A DNA stretch of 64,000 bases, from contig CM060731.1 of assembly GCA_030704615.1 (NCBI GenBank), forward strand, positions 57,164,001-57,228,000. The letters are read 5' to 3'. Of this stretch, positions 35,441 through 48,540 are shown in pieces (positions within the stretch are counted from its first letter, which is position 1; the number at the start of each line of letters is the position of its first letter). The notes under the pieces are model-generated. The model ran no database searches and was not told the origin of the DNA. It worked only from the letters and a program-made list of their open reading frames with translations. The position numbers and the translations under genes are program-made. Source of the stretch: Takakia lepidozioides. Taxonomy: Eukaryota; Plantae; Bryophyta.

Positions 35441-36982
35441 TAGACTTTCTAAGGGGAAACAGCTTCCAATGTCAGAGTTTTGAACGTTTCATGTATATTC
35501 ATGATGAATATGTACTTGAAAGTGCAGAACTCCTTCCGAGAGTTAGGTGTGGGAACTGCATGAATCATAGACTGCGGAGGAGAGAGCCTCAGGAGTGGTC
35601 CCCCAGGGTCGATGTTTATATGAGGCTAGTTGGCTAGTTATACAGTAGCTTGGGAAGGGTCCCTCAACTCCCTGTAATTTGCCATTGGGTGTTTATAAGT
35701 GTGACACTTGTTCCTATGTGGAATTCCATATATGATACTTAAGACAGAGGGCAACGGTTTGCTAGTGGTTATCAATATGAGAAACTAGAGAATTCTGGTT
35801 TGCACTACGTGCAAGTAGGAGAAGATTCTAGAGAGGGATCAGTAGGCAGCAACCAGTGTGGAGTCAGTCTCCCATCAACCCTTCCTTTTCAAATAGAAAG
35901 CTGCCCCAACCCTATCTCTCACTTTCCTTCTCTTGACATTCTACAATCTGCTTTCCAACATTTTTCCCCTCCAGAAGCTTGATTAGAGCTGTAGGTCCGC
36001 TCTCCAACCCGTCACAGAAATCCTCGATGCACACCAACTTCTTCTCCTTCAAGTAGCCACTCCAGTTCTACAGAAGCTGCTTGATGAGATTCAAGCAGAG
36101 TACCGACCACCCCTTTTTGAAGAAGGTTCTCTTATGCTCTCTCGACCTCTGGTAGGACTTTCGTACTATTGTTTCTCATTGATACTGGGCATTGTCCCCT
36201 TTGTCTGTCTCTCATTTGGCCCCTTTGATCAATCATAAATTCTGTATTTAAATGGAAAACAATTTAGCAGTGACTTCTTTGTTAGCCTCCATGGCTCTCT
36301 ATCAAGGTTATCTTTTATTTGGCCCTGCCTTCCCAGAGCAGGACTAAGCACCAATACACCAATACTCTCGACTCACAAACAAATTAGTTCAAGACAGGTG
36401 TGGATGGAACTCCATATTCACAGAGGAACACCAAAACTTAGAGATTCATTCACAAAGTGACAGAGAGCTCCACCAGATATGGGGCTGCCTCTGGTGACTG
36501 GTTCTGGTTTTGAGAGAGCCCAGCCCTGCAAGTACCAGCATGGGGAAGAGGCTCTTATTTAGGCAAGCTGGCGTATTATGTATATATGATTGCCTCCTGT
36601 TTGCGATGCCTTATTGGCACTACAGGGCTTGCATGTAAGTACTTTATGGTAAAGAGGAGACTAAGCATCAGTGTCAAAATTGTTAAGACCCTATTATGCC
36701 TTCCCCGGGTGTCACCCTCCTCTCCTTTGTTGAAAACTAGTTCATGAAGAGACTCCAGGTTACACTTCCTCAGGTAACATCTCTCTTATTGGACAATTAT
36801 GAAGAATTCGCTATTCACAAAGAGGAGCTATACGCGACTAGCCGCTTCTTCTGGGCCTTGTTAAATGAGAAGCATATATATATGTATATACCGTAGGTCG
36901 GAGCTGAATAGGTCGTTGGGCGTGAGTTTTACAACGAAGGGAAGGAGAAGGGAGAACGGCGGGAGCGGTGTGAGCTTCAACA

Positions 36983-39900
36983 ATGGCGATGCGCTCCCTT
37001 CGCGACCCCGTGTCCACGGGCACTTCTTTGCAGTTCCATGGCGGTGTGTATGTTCTCCAATTGTTCTGGGTCAGTCTATTGCATAGCCTGGCCAAGCACC
37101 CTGCGGTTCATACCGTGAGAACCTGGGAAATGGACTTGTGACCTGCCATTCCCTTGCGTTGGCTTGCTAATTCGGCTGGGTGGCATCGTTGTTAAAAGTT
37201 GATGGAACAGATGAGTGCAACAGATGCTATGCAGATGGAAACCCTTATGATTTGCCTCGAGCCTTCACTTCAGTTTGAAGTAGTTTGAACTTCTGGATCG
37301 AGCAGTATAGGGAACGTACTTCCAGAAGATCACTCTGTAAACTCTTATCTGATGAATTCTAGGAATAATTTGCATGGGCGAAAATCCGTGGTAATCGGCA
37401 TGTAACTACATTGAGGAAAGTGTTCGAGTGGGAATGTTTGTGGGATGAGTCAAAGGTCTTGCCGGCACATATCGAGCCTAGTTTTCGTATGACATACGGA
37501 TAATGCTGTATGTATGTCAATCCATTAGAAGAAAAAAAGTTTATTATCTCAGAGGGCTCAAGGGACAGAGAACAGAAACAGAAAATACTACTGGGACGTC
37601 CTCACATGTGTCCTGAACCCTATATCTTTAAAACCTTTCGGGCAGAGAATCGGAGTGATTGCGAAAGAGAGAGATTGCGAAAGAGAGAGTGTAGGCAAAC
37701 ATAGGGTGATAGTGAATTTGCAAGCTGCGGATAACTTATAGCTGTGAATGTTCTGACTGTAGCATAAGTGGCACGGTTCTATGGTATCAGGCAGTTTGGT
37801 CTATGGGTCGATCACTCACAGGAGCATCACGAGTGATGTGTCTGAGTTGGTACTCGAGTTGAAAGAATTTAACTTGCTGTTGGGGGGTCTTTAGCCTTTG
37901 TTGCCTATGGTTGCTTTGACCATGTAGAAATTATGTTCAAAAACCATGTGTGATATAGGGACACGTCCTTGGTCTCTGTGACGCCCATTGTCCTGTGGTA
38001 TTTGAAATGCAGCTTAATATTTTTTATGAGCCGACCCGCAGCAAATACAATCCAGTTGCAGGGTTGGTTGATTGTATATTGACGAGCTGTCATATAGTCG
38101 CATCATTTTTATCGCGTTGTTGGTTCCAGCCTGCTAAAGTGTCCTTCTTGTCTGCGAGACATAACAGACTTACTTCGACTGATATGAGCTGGTGATGTTG
38201 AGCAGGAGCATCTGCAAAGCAGGTACAGGTTGCGTGCTCAACTCTGGCGACTTCCAATATGAGCGGTCTCCCTTCCACTAAAGGGCATGTGCACATAGAC
38301 CCCAAAAGGAGAAGTCGAGGTTGGGGGTGGCCGGGCAGACACTTCAAATTCCAGCATATAGCATTGCCTTTCCAGGCAAATAATATGTCAATGCCAACTG
38401 CCGCAGAGAACATCACAGGGTCTCATGGACGGTTGGCGCATGAAGGTGGCGTCAAGTCTTTCACATGGCTGCCTGATGCAAAGGTGAGAGCCTGGTTATG
38501 AGGGCTGGAGATGGGAAGAGAGAAGAGAATTAGAACTAATCCCGAAATGATTCAAGTTTCACATGAGAAATGACGTTTAACGTCTGGCGATATCGAGAGC
38601 ATACAACTTTCCACACAGCCCATTGAACTGTCAATGGACAACGTTTTGAGAGAGAAAGAAGTGCCAAATCCCTTGGGTCCAAGGGACTGGGCCCAAGGAA
38701 GGTCCCATAAATCAACTAACAGAACTCTATGGGGCCCTAAGGGCAGGGTCACATGCAGGGCGCTTCCACATCATCATGATTGCATTCGAGGCAATATTTC
38801 AAAATAGGATATTTGGTAGAAGTGAGTTGTGTGTACCCATGCTTTTCCCAGAAGTTCTCTGATAATGTGCTTGCATTTGCATTCGAGGTGTTGTTGCATT
38901 TGTGCCGTGAACAACACGACAGCTGATCAGTGCAAATGTGGTTTGAAATCGAGTGCTCAGAGACCAAGGATATGTGTGTTAGGAGGTGGTTTTGGTGGAC
39001 TGTACACAGCATTGCGCCTTGAGTCCTTGACGTGGCGTCCAGAACAACGACCCCAGGTATTACTTGCTGGTTTTTCTGTTCCTAAATCAACCATAGCTTG
39101 AAATGAATGGTTTGGCTTAGGGTGGGACAGGTGATGGCACTTATCATGTAGATTGGTGGGTAAGTGGGTAAGTGTAGGAGCTATACCATTGATATACGTA
39201 CTTTTAAGTCACCTGCAAAGTTGATCTTCGGATCAAAATGTCATTGATGTGGATAATGTATGTGATGTCACTGCATTCATGTGTCTAAACGAATTCATTC
39301 CCTTGTATTCCTTGCGGTTAACCCGTTTGGTATATGTGGCATGTTTTGCCATGAATCATGGGTTATCGATGAAATATTCTTCATAGGATTTTCTCCATGT
39401 AATGATGTTATGTGCTACTTGTCACGGCTTTGTTTGCAGCCTCAAGGACGTGGATGTCTTTTTCCCATAAAGTAGCTCGTCAAGAAATGAGACAAAAGCA
39501 TGAGACAAAGGCAGCACTATCTGCAAAGTGTACACGTTACAGGCAGAACCAGATATACTGAGTCTTGTGTGGATGAGTGTGTGTGGCAGGTTCTGCTAAT
39601 TGACCAATCCAAGCGATTCGTTTTCAAACCATTACTTTATGAGATTCTCTCTAAAGGTTCCCCCCCTCTCCCTCTCTCTTCCTCCTCTAAGGCAAACTTT
39701 GTCTCAGGACCCTACAAGTGTGACTGGCAGTGACACCTGTGTTCCTTTATCCGTGAGATTGAAGGCTAGGTGAGTTGCATACACTCTAGAATGATGTCAA
39801 TTCTCGTCCTCCTTCAGCACCCAATCCAACTGTGTAACCTGTGAAGAAATGGGCTGAGGTGGGTCTGAAGGCCAAGTATCTTGCATGGATTATGCCTGTT

Positions 39901-42900
39901 AAAGCCAATGCTCATATGAGATATTTCAAGAGTAATTTCATAATTCTTTTTCCTAGAATGATCAATGCCAATAGTAGAGGATCTGTCTAGAAGTCTGTGT
40001 GGGTGGTTGATGTATCCCAGGCTTGGCGTCCTTGACACACGCAAGTGTTTTAGTTAGTATTTCCTTTTAAGATTTGAACCTATTACTTGACCCCAAGTCT
40101 TTTGTGGGTTCTTTACGGTGATGCAGAGGTAGACCAATGGGAGATTGCCCCCACATTCAAGGAGTTGCTATCCAACACCAGCATCCAGTTCTACCAGGAC
40201 ACGGTTAAATGTATTCAACCATGCGATGCAGTGAATGGCAACCCTGTATTAGCTTCTGCTAGCAACAATGTTGGGGGTACTGTTCATCTCGGTAGTGGGG
40301 CCCAAATTGATTATGACTGGTAAATATCTCTCACCATAACTATTTACTTTAGGTGAGAGCCGCATCAAATGCTGTTATGGTTTGGTGGCTGGGAGGATGT
40401 TTTGTGCAGTTTTGTGCTGATAATCCCAGCCGGATTGCAGTAAGCTGTCTCAATCACATCATGCTGTACACTCTCTTTTCTGTGTGGACATCCCTGTTCC
40501 AGGGATGTGTTTAGCATGCAGTACTGTATTCTTGCAAGTTGGCCAATTAATGTCTGCTGCACCCTCTGTGTATTTGAAAAAATAATGAAAAAATGAAAAA
40601 ATTTGGACTCTTGCCAAAGCAAGCGTAACTTATGGTGTCACTGCTACTGCCTTCCGATCTGTGTATTTGATACAATAAAGATATAGTTTATGTTACTAGT
40701 TCTGCACCTCCTTTCTCTTGGGCATGTGGCACCTCCACCTGGAACCGGAGAGTCTTGAATAGGATTCACTGCCCTTTCAAGAGTTCTATTCACTGTTGAC
40801 CAGGTAAGTAAAGAGGAGTGTCGATGCTGGTTACTGGATTCCAGGTGGAAATGTTAAACAAGTAGTTACTATGGACTGAGGCATGCCTGCATAAATTGCT
40901 GCTGTGGAGGGGCCAGGCTTGTGCTGGCACTTGGTGCCGAACCTCGCCTTGGCATTGTGCCAGGTGCCACAGAATATGCCCTCCCATTTTCGACCCTTGA
41001 AGACGCACTGGTTGGTCTCTCTCTTTCTTTTGTTTGTACGGCAAACAACGGCTTATGAGTACTTTCTTTTGTTTCTTGGCATTAGCTACTCTTTGATCTA
41101 TTTCTGTGTCTTTTGGTGCAGACACATCCGAAACCTGTCTCCTACCACCTAGTGGGGTGGCATGCCACCTTTATCAGGTGGCTAGGCCAATGTGCCCGCT
41201 CTAGTGTCTCTTTCTGGCCTGCCTACCTGCCTCTTTCTCCTGGAGTTTATCTGAGTTGTCAATTTAGATCTCATGGTGCAGGAAGTAGACAAGAGGTTGT
41301 TGGTGTTGGAGCGGGAGAGGTTTGGGGAAGGACAGTCACCCATCCAGGTGGCCATCATCGGGTCAGGCTACTGCGGGGTGGAGCTCGCTGCCACACTAGC
41401 TGAGAGGCTTGGTAGTCGAGGCCAAGTAAAAGTGGTTGACATGACATCGGACATATGCTCCACTGCACCTGTTGGCAACAGGGAAGCTGCTCTTAAGGTC
41501 AGTGTTCTCTCTTAAGGCAACAAGTCTAGCTGGGTGGTTGATGAATGGATGAGATGGATGCATATCGTGCATATCTGTATTGTTTGTTACCTTTGTGGGG
41601 AAAGTGTAAGAAACACTCTTGATCCTTTCTTGTTACCCTTGCTTGCATTTAAAGCCTACATGGTTCATTTGTTACTTAAATGTCCATTTCATTAGAATGT
41701 GCTTTGTTTCATTAGCTTGACCTTGAGTACGGCAATGCAGGTTCTGGCTTCCAGGAATGTGGAATTGGTCCTGGGTTATCTCATCAGCAGCATTCGTGGG
41801 ACCTCGCCTGAGCTTTCAAGCGACGGAAGAGCATCTTCCTTGAAGCCTGGCTCCAAAGGTGTTGTGTTGGATCTGAAGCCAGCAACACGTGGCCCAAGCC
41901 GAAGAACTTCAGGCGCCCAAAGTTTTGAGGCGGACCTTGTACTTTGGACAGCTGGGAACCGGGCATCAATCCCTCCAGCAGAATCGCAATCTGCCTACCC
42001 ACCGTTTCCTGTTAATGGACGTGGACAGGCAGACACAGATGAAATGTTGCGGGTGAAGGGGCATCCCCGCATATTTGCCATCGGAGACTCTGCAGGGACA
42101 AAAGACAGCTCTGGGAGACTACTTCCGACCACTGCCCAGGTTCTCGCTCTCCCTTTAGTGCACAGGTTCTAGTATTGAACAGCCAATTTTATAGATTATT
42201 AGATTAAAGATTGTTAGATGTCATCTATTCTCAAGATAAATGCCTGAAATCTTTCTTTGTTATATCTGGTTTGAACTCCACTCAAAGAGACTCTTACCAA
42301 TACTTGCTTCTGGGAAGCTAGGAACTGAGTCTTCGTCTGGGTGAGTACAGGTGGCATTTCAGCAAGCTGATTATGCAGGGTGGAATCTGTGGGCAGCCAT
42401 TAACAATCGTCCTCTTCTGCCTTTCCGGTTGGTTGCTTAGCTTGTCCTAATTGTGATCTGGCTAGTTTCCAATGGGTTCATGCCTCTTGTGGGAAGGAGA
42501 GAGCAGGATAATCACATGTCAGAGAAGACCCTGATGTGGATCTTGCAGCTAAGATGTGGAATTAGAGGCATGGATAAGTTTGACTTGCATGATTGGAAAA
42601 AGTGGATGGGTGAGAACAGAAGGACGGTCATTACATGGGGCAGAATAAGCTTGTGATTAAACGTCTACAGTTTGGTGTAGCATTTCATAAGTTTCTTAGC
42701 CATGTAATTTCCCCTCAGCAGTAGCAGTTGGTGCCATGCAGATATCAACATCTTGGTGAAATGATGACCCTGGGAACCAGTGATGCGGCTGTCTCTGTGA
42801 GCTTTATTGACGGGATGACCCTTGATGGCATCCTTGGCCATTCAGGTACTTCATTGTCATCAATTTGTCAATTGTCTAGGCTTGTGATTCCCTTGGCCTA

Positions 42901-43119
42901 GCCTGCCCTAGAGAGCCTTCATCTTTTGATATGGGAGAGAGTATTGACATTTGCCACTGGATGGGGTGTGTGAATACAGCAAGGAAGCTGGCATACTTGT
43001 ATCGTCTGCCCACAAATGAGCACAAGGTCAAAGTAGGTCTAAGTTGGGTTGCCAAGTCCACTATGAGTTCACTTTTCTTCCTGCAAGACTCTCTCACGCG
43101 GCTCTTGAGCACCTCCTAA
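36983..43119 (+). CDS. NDC1: Type II NAD(P)H dehydrogenase C1 (demethylphylloquinone reductase), multi-exon
   Basis: RPRICVLGGGFGGLYTALRLESLTW, FVFKPLLYEILS, EVDQWEIAPTF, LVLALGAEP, IIGSGYCGVELAATLAERL, RIFAIGDSA, TAQVAFQQADYAGWNLWAAIN, ARKLAYLYRLPT. Exon 1 (36983-37043) is inferred by phase. Confidence 0.92.
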
Positions 43120-43450
43120 CCTCTTTGTTAGGAGGTTTAGCAGTGCATACTTGCTTTATCGTAGTTCTATGAAATGTATTAGGGACTGGTGAGAAGGCTG
43201 TGTTTTGCCAAAAGGAAGATACTCGGTGGAAAGACCTATTGGTGGCAGACAGTACTGTATTTCAATTGTCTTCGAAAGTTGAGGGTGAGAGAAGAAACTA
43301 ACATACAATCCAACGTCAGTTGAAGAATCCAGAGGCTTTTTTAATATGAGGCAACATGGACTACTCTGGGTGGTATGTTGATATTCCTGTCAAAGCAGAC
43401 TGAAGGTGTGAAATCGTGTTCACTGATGGTGACTGCAACCTTTCTCCATA

Positions 43451-43600
43451 TCTGTGTGGAGATATGTAGTGGTGGTAGGGGCTGTCATTGCAGCAGCCAT
43501 TCTGACCCCCTCAACTGATCCCTTAACTCAGGTCTGGCAGGCCCACTAATTGGCCTGTATATGGGTGGAGCTGTGCTAGTTAAATTTTTGGATAATGAGT
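43451..43600 (+). pseudogene. Plastid TatC C-terminal fragment
   Basis: [45 protein letters not shown] with a frameshifting deletion. No upstream TatC sequence. Confidence 0.8.
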
Positions 43601-45093
43601 CTCAATTACAAGGATGAATGTAAATCTGGAGTTTGAGTGGATGGATAGTTCCACGGAGATGGTTGAGCTGGCAGTGAAGGGGCTGGCGGACCTTGTGTGT
43701 GTCAAGCGTGCAGCCCTGAAAGCAGGTGGTGTAAAGGGAGTACTAGCAAGTAAAGCTTCAAGGATGGAAGACAAAGATGAGAGAAGACAAAGAAATAAAG
43801 AAATAGTCTTACATTTGTTGCGCACTATGAAGTGTGGATTGATGGAACTTTTCTCAGTTTACAAAGGTAAAATTTATTGGAGGTACCTTGGCATAAGTGG
43901 AGATAGGATTCACTCCATTGACAATCTTTTAGGGTGAGACTGCAAAATTTGAAGCAACCTGATAATGTGAATGGCTTACCTGTTCCTGCCAGTTTATGGG
44001 CTTGCTCTGAATCTCAGACAAAATACTGGAACCATTGAACATCTAAGGGTGGGGAGAAGGACCCAACCCTAAGCAAGCCCTCTCAGGTAATCAGGTTTGG
44101 AAACCTTAAGCCCTTCGGGTGGAGGCTCCTCCATCTTAGTTCCCTAGCCCCAGCCCTCCTTGACACAGTTCTCCTTCCTCGGTAGTTCCTTTTGCCATTT
44201 GGATATAGACTACTGCAAGGGCAGATTAGTCTTATTTAGAAAATTAGTGTCCCAAGGCAGATTGTTCTCTCAGCTTTTTAGGAAGTAAAACCTACTCCCA
44301 TTTCTCCTAACTGAAAATGGGTTCTCTGCCTAACATGCGATTCAAATGCAATTGAAATTAATGTCCCAAGGCTACCTGTCTGGGAGGTCCCTAGTATTTT
44401 TGGGAGGATTTAATATGCAATCCATGGGTGCTCCATTGCATTGTCAGCCCCACCCCTCCTTTCCAGTTGGGGGAAACGTATGAATATGGAAGACCACAGT
44501 GCAGGATTGCACAATCCCCCTTTGCCTTCAGCTGTCAAGGTGCAATCTGACCTGTGTTGGAGAAAGTTGAGTAGAACAATACTTTGATTCTTGAAGTTTG
44601 TGGGGCTGTTAACCCCAAGTCACGAAGTGTTGCCGAAGCTATCATATCATTTTTACTTTTCAAAGGAAAGAGGGCCGAAATCCTGCTGGTCCCTCCTCTC
44701 CGGCATCCCCAGAGTTTGACAAGTCTGATATCAATTGGAAGCACATAAAGGTTGCCACTAAGACTAAGCTGCATTACGATAGGTAGACACCTAAGACTTT
44801 CAATAAGAAAAAAAAACGGGAAGCTCACGCCCAATCAACAACAAACCCTTCGCCATTAATCCTTGTCAATCTACATGTGGTCTTGGCCTCAAGAGGTGGG
44901 CAAAACTGAATTTCCCTTAAAAATTACTCCTTGAACATTCACAGAGAACAACAACATCCTACAACATTCACAGCGAGAAAGAAAACAAAAGAGGGCGGCA
45001 AGACATCAAACTGACCTGAAAATGGACGATAGTGGATTTGACTGATCTAGGGTTGTATCGGAAGGGGTAGAAATTCTTTCTGTGAAAAATTGA

Positions 45094-45441
45094 ACGTAGT
45101 TCTCAGAATTCGTCGCTAGTAGTGCGGATTCGTTGCTAGTAGTGCGGAGCAACACGAAGCCCCGGTAAATAAGTAGATAACCATGTTTCTTTCAATGAAA
45201 GAGCATAGACTGGGTGCTTAAGGAAAGGTATTGGAGAGCGTTCAAATCCCTCAGCTGCAGCACTTGTACTTTGTTTTTTTATCTTTCATAACGTCATTGG
45301 GGTTTAGTTGGTTGTTCTTTGCTAACATAAATCAATTGGGATTATTAAAAATTAAATAAATACATCTCTATCTCGTAGACTTAATTATACTAGGGCTTCG
45401 CGTTGCTCCGCACTACTAGCGACGACTTCTGAGAACAACGT
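45094..45441. mobile_element. MITE-like element with about 50-bp TIRs
   Basis: acgtagttctcagaattcgtcgctagtagtgcgga...gcaacacgaagccc vs gggcttcgcgttgctccgcactactagcgacgacttctgagaacaacgt. The left TIR has a 20-bp internal duplication. No clear TSD. Confidence 0.75.
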
Positions 45442-45884
45442 CCAGATAGATGGGCTATATTCAAGTTTTATGAGAGAGACTACCCATCATGAAGTCAAGG
45501 GAGAAAATATGGTCATAGATTTCCCTTCCTCTTACCATTTGCCAAAGCAAGAGAGCCCATTGCAATTCGAGGCTTGTTTCATCTGATTATAATTTGACCA
45601 TTGTAATGACTCTGGCTCGTTTTGATACAACAAGTAGATTTTGTTTATAAATGTTGTTTATATGATATCTTTTTCATCTTTATTTTCACTTGGTTTATAT
45701 TTTATCTGGATTCTGTCTGTCCGCATTAACATTTTGTTTTTCCATATTATTTGAAATTATACACATGCCTTTTTTTTGTTTTATGCTTGACATTAGCATT
45801 TTGTAAGGCGGAGTGCTGCACAGGTCAGTACACATCCCCAGGACCCAATAAAAAATCATTTTGTAGAAAGACCATACAACAATC

Positions 45885-46420
45885 ATTGGCTGCCATCATT
45901 AAGTTCCGGCAGAATTTTAGGTTCAACATGAAACTCAGTCTGCTTACCACTGCAATGCCAGCAAAGTACAGAGTCAACTCCAGACCTAAATTGGAAAGTC
46001 TGAGTCAACTCCAGACCTAAATTGGAAAGTATGAATAAAAGAGCACATGTAAGGAGTGTCAGCAAATTTGGAATATCAACATCTTGAAGAGACATAACTA
46101 GCAGGTAGACCTCTTCACTAATTTCATCAGCTATTAGGACCAGCAAAAGTACTGACAAACTTTCTGAAGAATGGGTGTACTGATCTCTGGAAATCTTACT
46201 TCACCTAACTCCGTCTCTGTAAAGCTTCCTGTCACAAATACATGAGGTTCTTCTGGAGAGTATCCTTTTGAGCCGGTTTGCTTTCAAGCAAATCTTTTTC
46301 CTCACTCTCCCTCTTGATACTCTCCATTGGCTTCCATAAGCTCTAGTTGGAAAAGCTCTAGTTCAGACCCCAACTTACCAGGACAAACCCTCAATCTGCT
46401 GTTAACTTAAAGAGCTGTGA
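45885..46420 (-). pseudogene. Elongin C pseudogene with introns
   Basis: cag/GSFTETELGEVRFPEISTPILQKVCQYFCWS* (46135-46228) and SGKQTEFHVEPKILPEL (about 45895-45950). Collapsed exon 1 ends at a gtaagt donor near 46378. Confidence 0.82.
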
Positions 46421-46499
46421 CCATGGGAACTCCCATTATACTGGGAAGTTGTAGAGCATACATGATAGATTCCGCATGGTTGAACAAACAGGCGGGACA

Positions 46500-48540
46500 C
46501 AGAAAAATGATAGCATGGATATCCTTAATTCTGGGATGCAACTTGTCATCTACAACGAAGGTGTGCACCCAGTTGCCGACCTCAATGCAGCAGCGACCTG
46601 GCTCCTTTCTAACCCCTCTGACCTTCATCATTCTTCTCACCTTTGCAGTATCATCCCACCTGCCAGCTGCAGCATAGATGTTTGAGAGCAACACATAAGT
46701 CGCGGCATAGATATTTGATAGCAACACATAAGTAGCGGCATCCTGTTCATCCCACTTGAGGATGGATGTTGCCGCACGTTCAGCCATCTCCACTTTGAAA
46801 TGGATTCTGCAGGCACCAAGCAAGGCCTTCCACACCACAACATCTGGATTGATTGGCATTTTATTAATCAGGTCCACTGCCTCATCCAGTTGTCCCGCAC
46901 ATCCAAGAAGGTCCACCATGCAGCCAAAGTGCGTTACTGTCGGAGTGACACCATGATCTTGACTCAAGGAATCGAAGTAGCGTCTTCCTTCATTCAGTAG
47001 GCCAGTGTGGCTGCATGTAGAGAGAACACATATAAAGCTGATACTGTCCGGCTTCAAGCCGTACTTTTGCATTCCTTCAAATAGTTGCAGGACCTCCCTA
47101 TGACAACCATGCTGGGCATATCCTGTGATCATCGCATTCCACGACACCTCATGTCGTTCAGCCACATTGTCAAATACTCTCTTTGCATCCTCAATGCACC
47201 CACATTTCGCATACATGTCCACCAGGGCAGTGTCTAGAATGACATTTGGTACAATTCCAGCTTTGATGATGTCACCTGCACCTCTTTGCCCTTTTACAGG
47301 GCTGCCAGGCTTGCACAAGCATTGCAAACGCACACAAACGTGATGTGGTCGGGCTTCACCCCTTCCCCCATCATTTGCTCAGAGGTCTCCAATGCCTCCA
47401 TCCCGCACCCCTGCTATGCATATCCTGCAAGCATGGCGTTCCATGACACCAAATCTCGTTCAGCCATACTATTGAACACCCCCTCCGCATCCTCAATGCT
47501 CCCACATTTGGCATACATGTCCACAAGGGAATTGTGCAGAATCACATTTGGTACAAATCCAGCTTTGGTGATGCAACCATGGACCTCTTTGCCCTTTTCC
47601 AGGGCTGCCAGGCTTGCACACGCACTGCAAATGCACACAAACGTGATGTGGTTGGGCTTCACCCCTTCCCCCATCATCTGCTCATAGGTCTCCAAAGCCT
47701 CCATCCTGCACCCCTGCTATGCATACCCTGCAAGCATCGCGTTCCACGACACCACATCTTGTTCAGCCATCGAGCACTCCCTTTGGATCCTTGATGCACG
47801 CACATTTGACATACATTTCCACCAGGGCAGTGTTCAGAATGACATTGGGTACAATTCCAAATTTGACGATGCCACCATAGACCTCTTTGCACTTTTCCAG
47901 GGCTGCCAGGCTTGCACACGCATTGCAAATGCAAACAAACATTATGCGGCTGGGCTTCACCCCTTCGCATATCATTTGCTCATAGGTCTCCAAAGCCTCC
48001 ATCCCGTGCCCTTGCTGTGCATATCTTGCAATCATCGCACTCCACGACACCACATCTCGTTCAGCCATACTGTCGAACACTCCCTTCATACATGTGGCAT
48101 TTGGTACAATTGCAGCTCTGACAATGTTGCCATGCACCTCTTCGCCCTTTTCCAGAGCTACCAGGCTTGCACACGCATTGCAAATGCACAGAGACGTGAC
48201 GTGGTCGGGCGTCACCCCTTCTCCCATCATTTGATCATAGGTCTCCAAGGCCTCCATACCACGCCCCTGCTGTGCATACCCTGCAAGCATCGTGTTCCAC
48301 GTGATCAAAGATAGTTGAGGCATTTTGTTGAACACTTGGTGAGCATCCATGATGCTCTACTTAAGCAAGAGACCGACATACATATCTGAATCTGCTGAAA
48401 TGCCTCCTTGGTTTAAAGTCTGTAGAGCCTCTGTCAGTCTGCCTGCTGCACAAAGCATCTTCACATCCCAGAAGTGCCAGAAGAGGCATTGTGGACTCCC
48501 TCTCTTGATCCTCTTTCAGAAGTTGTGGTCATGGTTGAGG
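46500..48540 (-). pseudogene. PLS-class PPR-E/E+ gene, frameshifted, DYW lost; PDF motifs fused upstream
   Basis: ORFs 47763..48350, 47414..47704 and 46407..47333 carry P/L/S, P2L2S2, E1E2 and PGRCCIEV...HTFVVDDKLHP. ATYVLLSNIYA is duplicated in tandem. Pre-PPR helix DVKMLCAAGRLTEALQTL at about 48360-48470. Confidence 0.9.

Noticed and set aside
43614-44834. ORFs 43614..43937 and 44535..44834
   Set aside because: No recognisable motifs or splice structure; may be decayed coding DNA but cannot be assigned.
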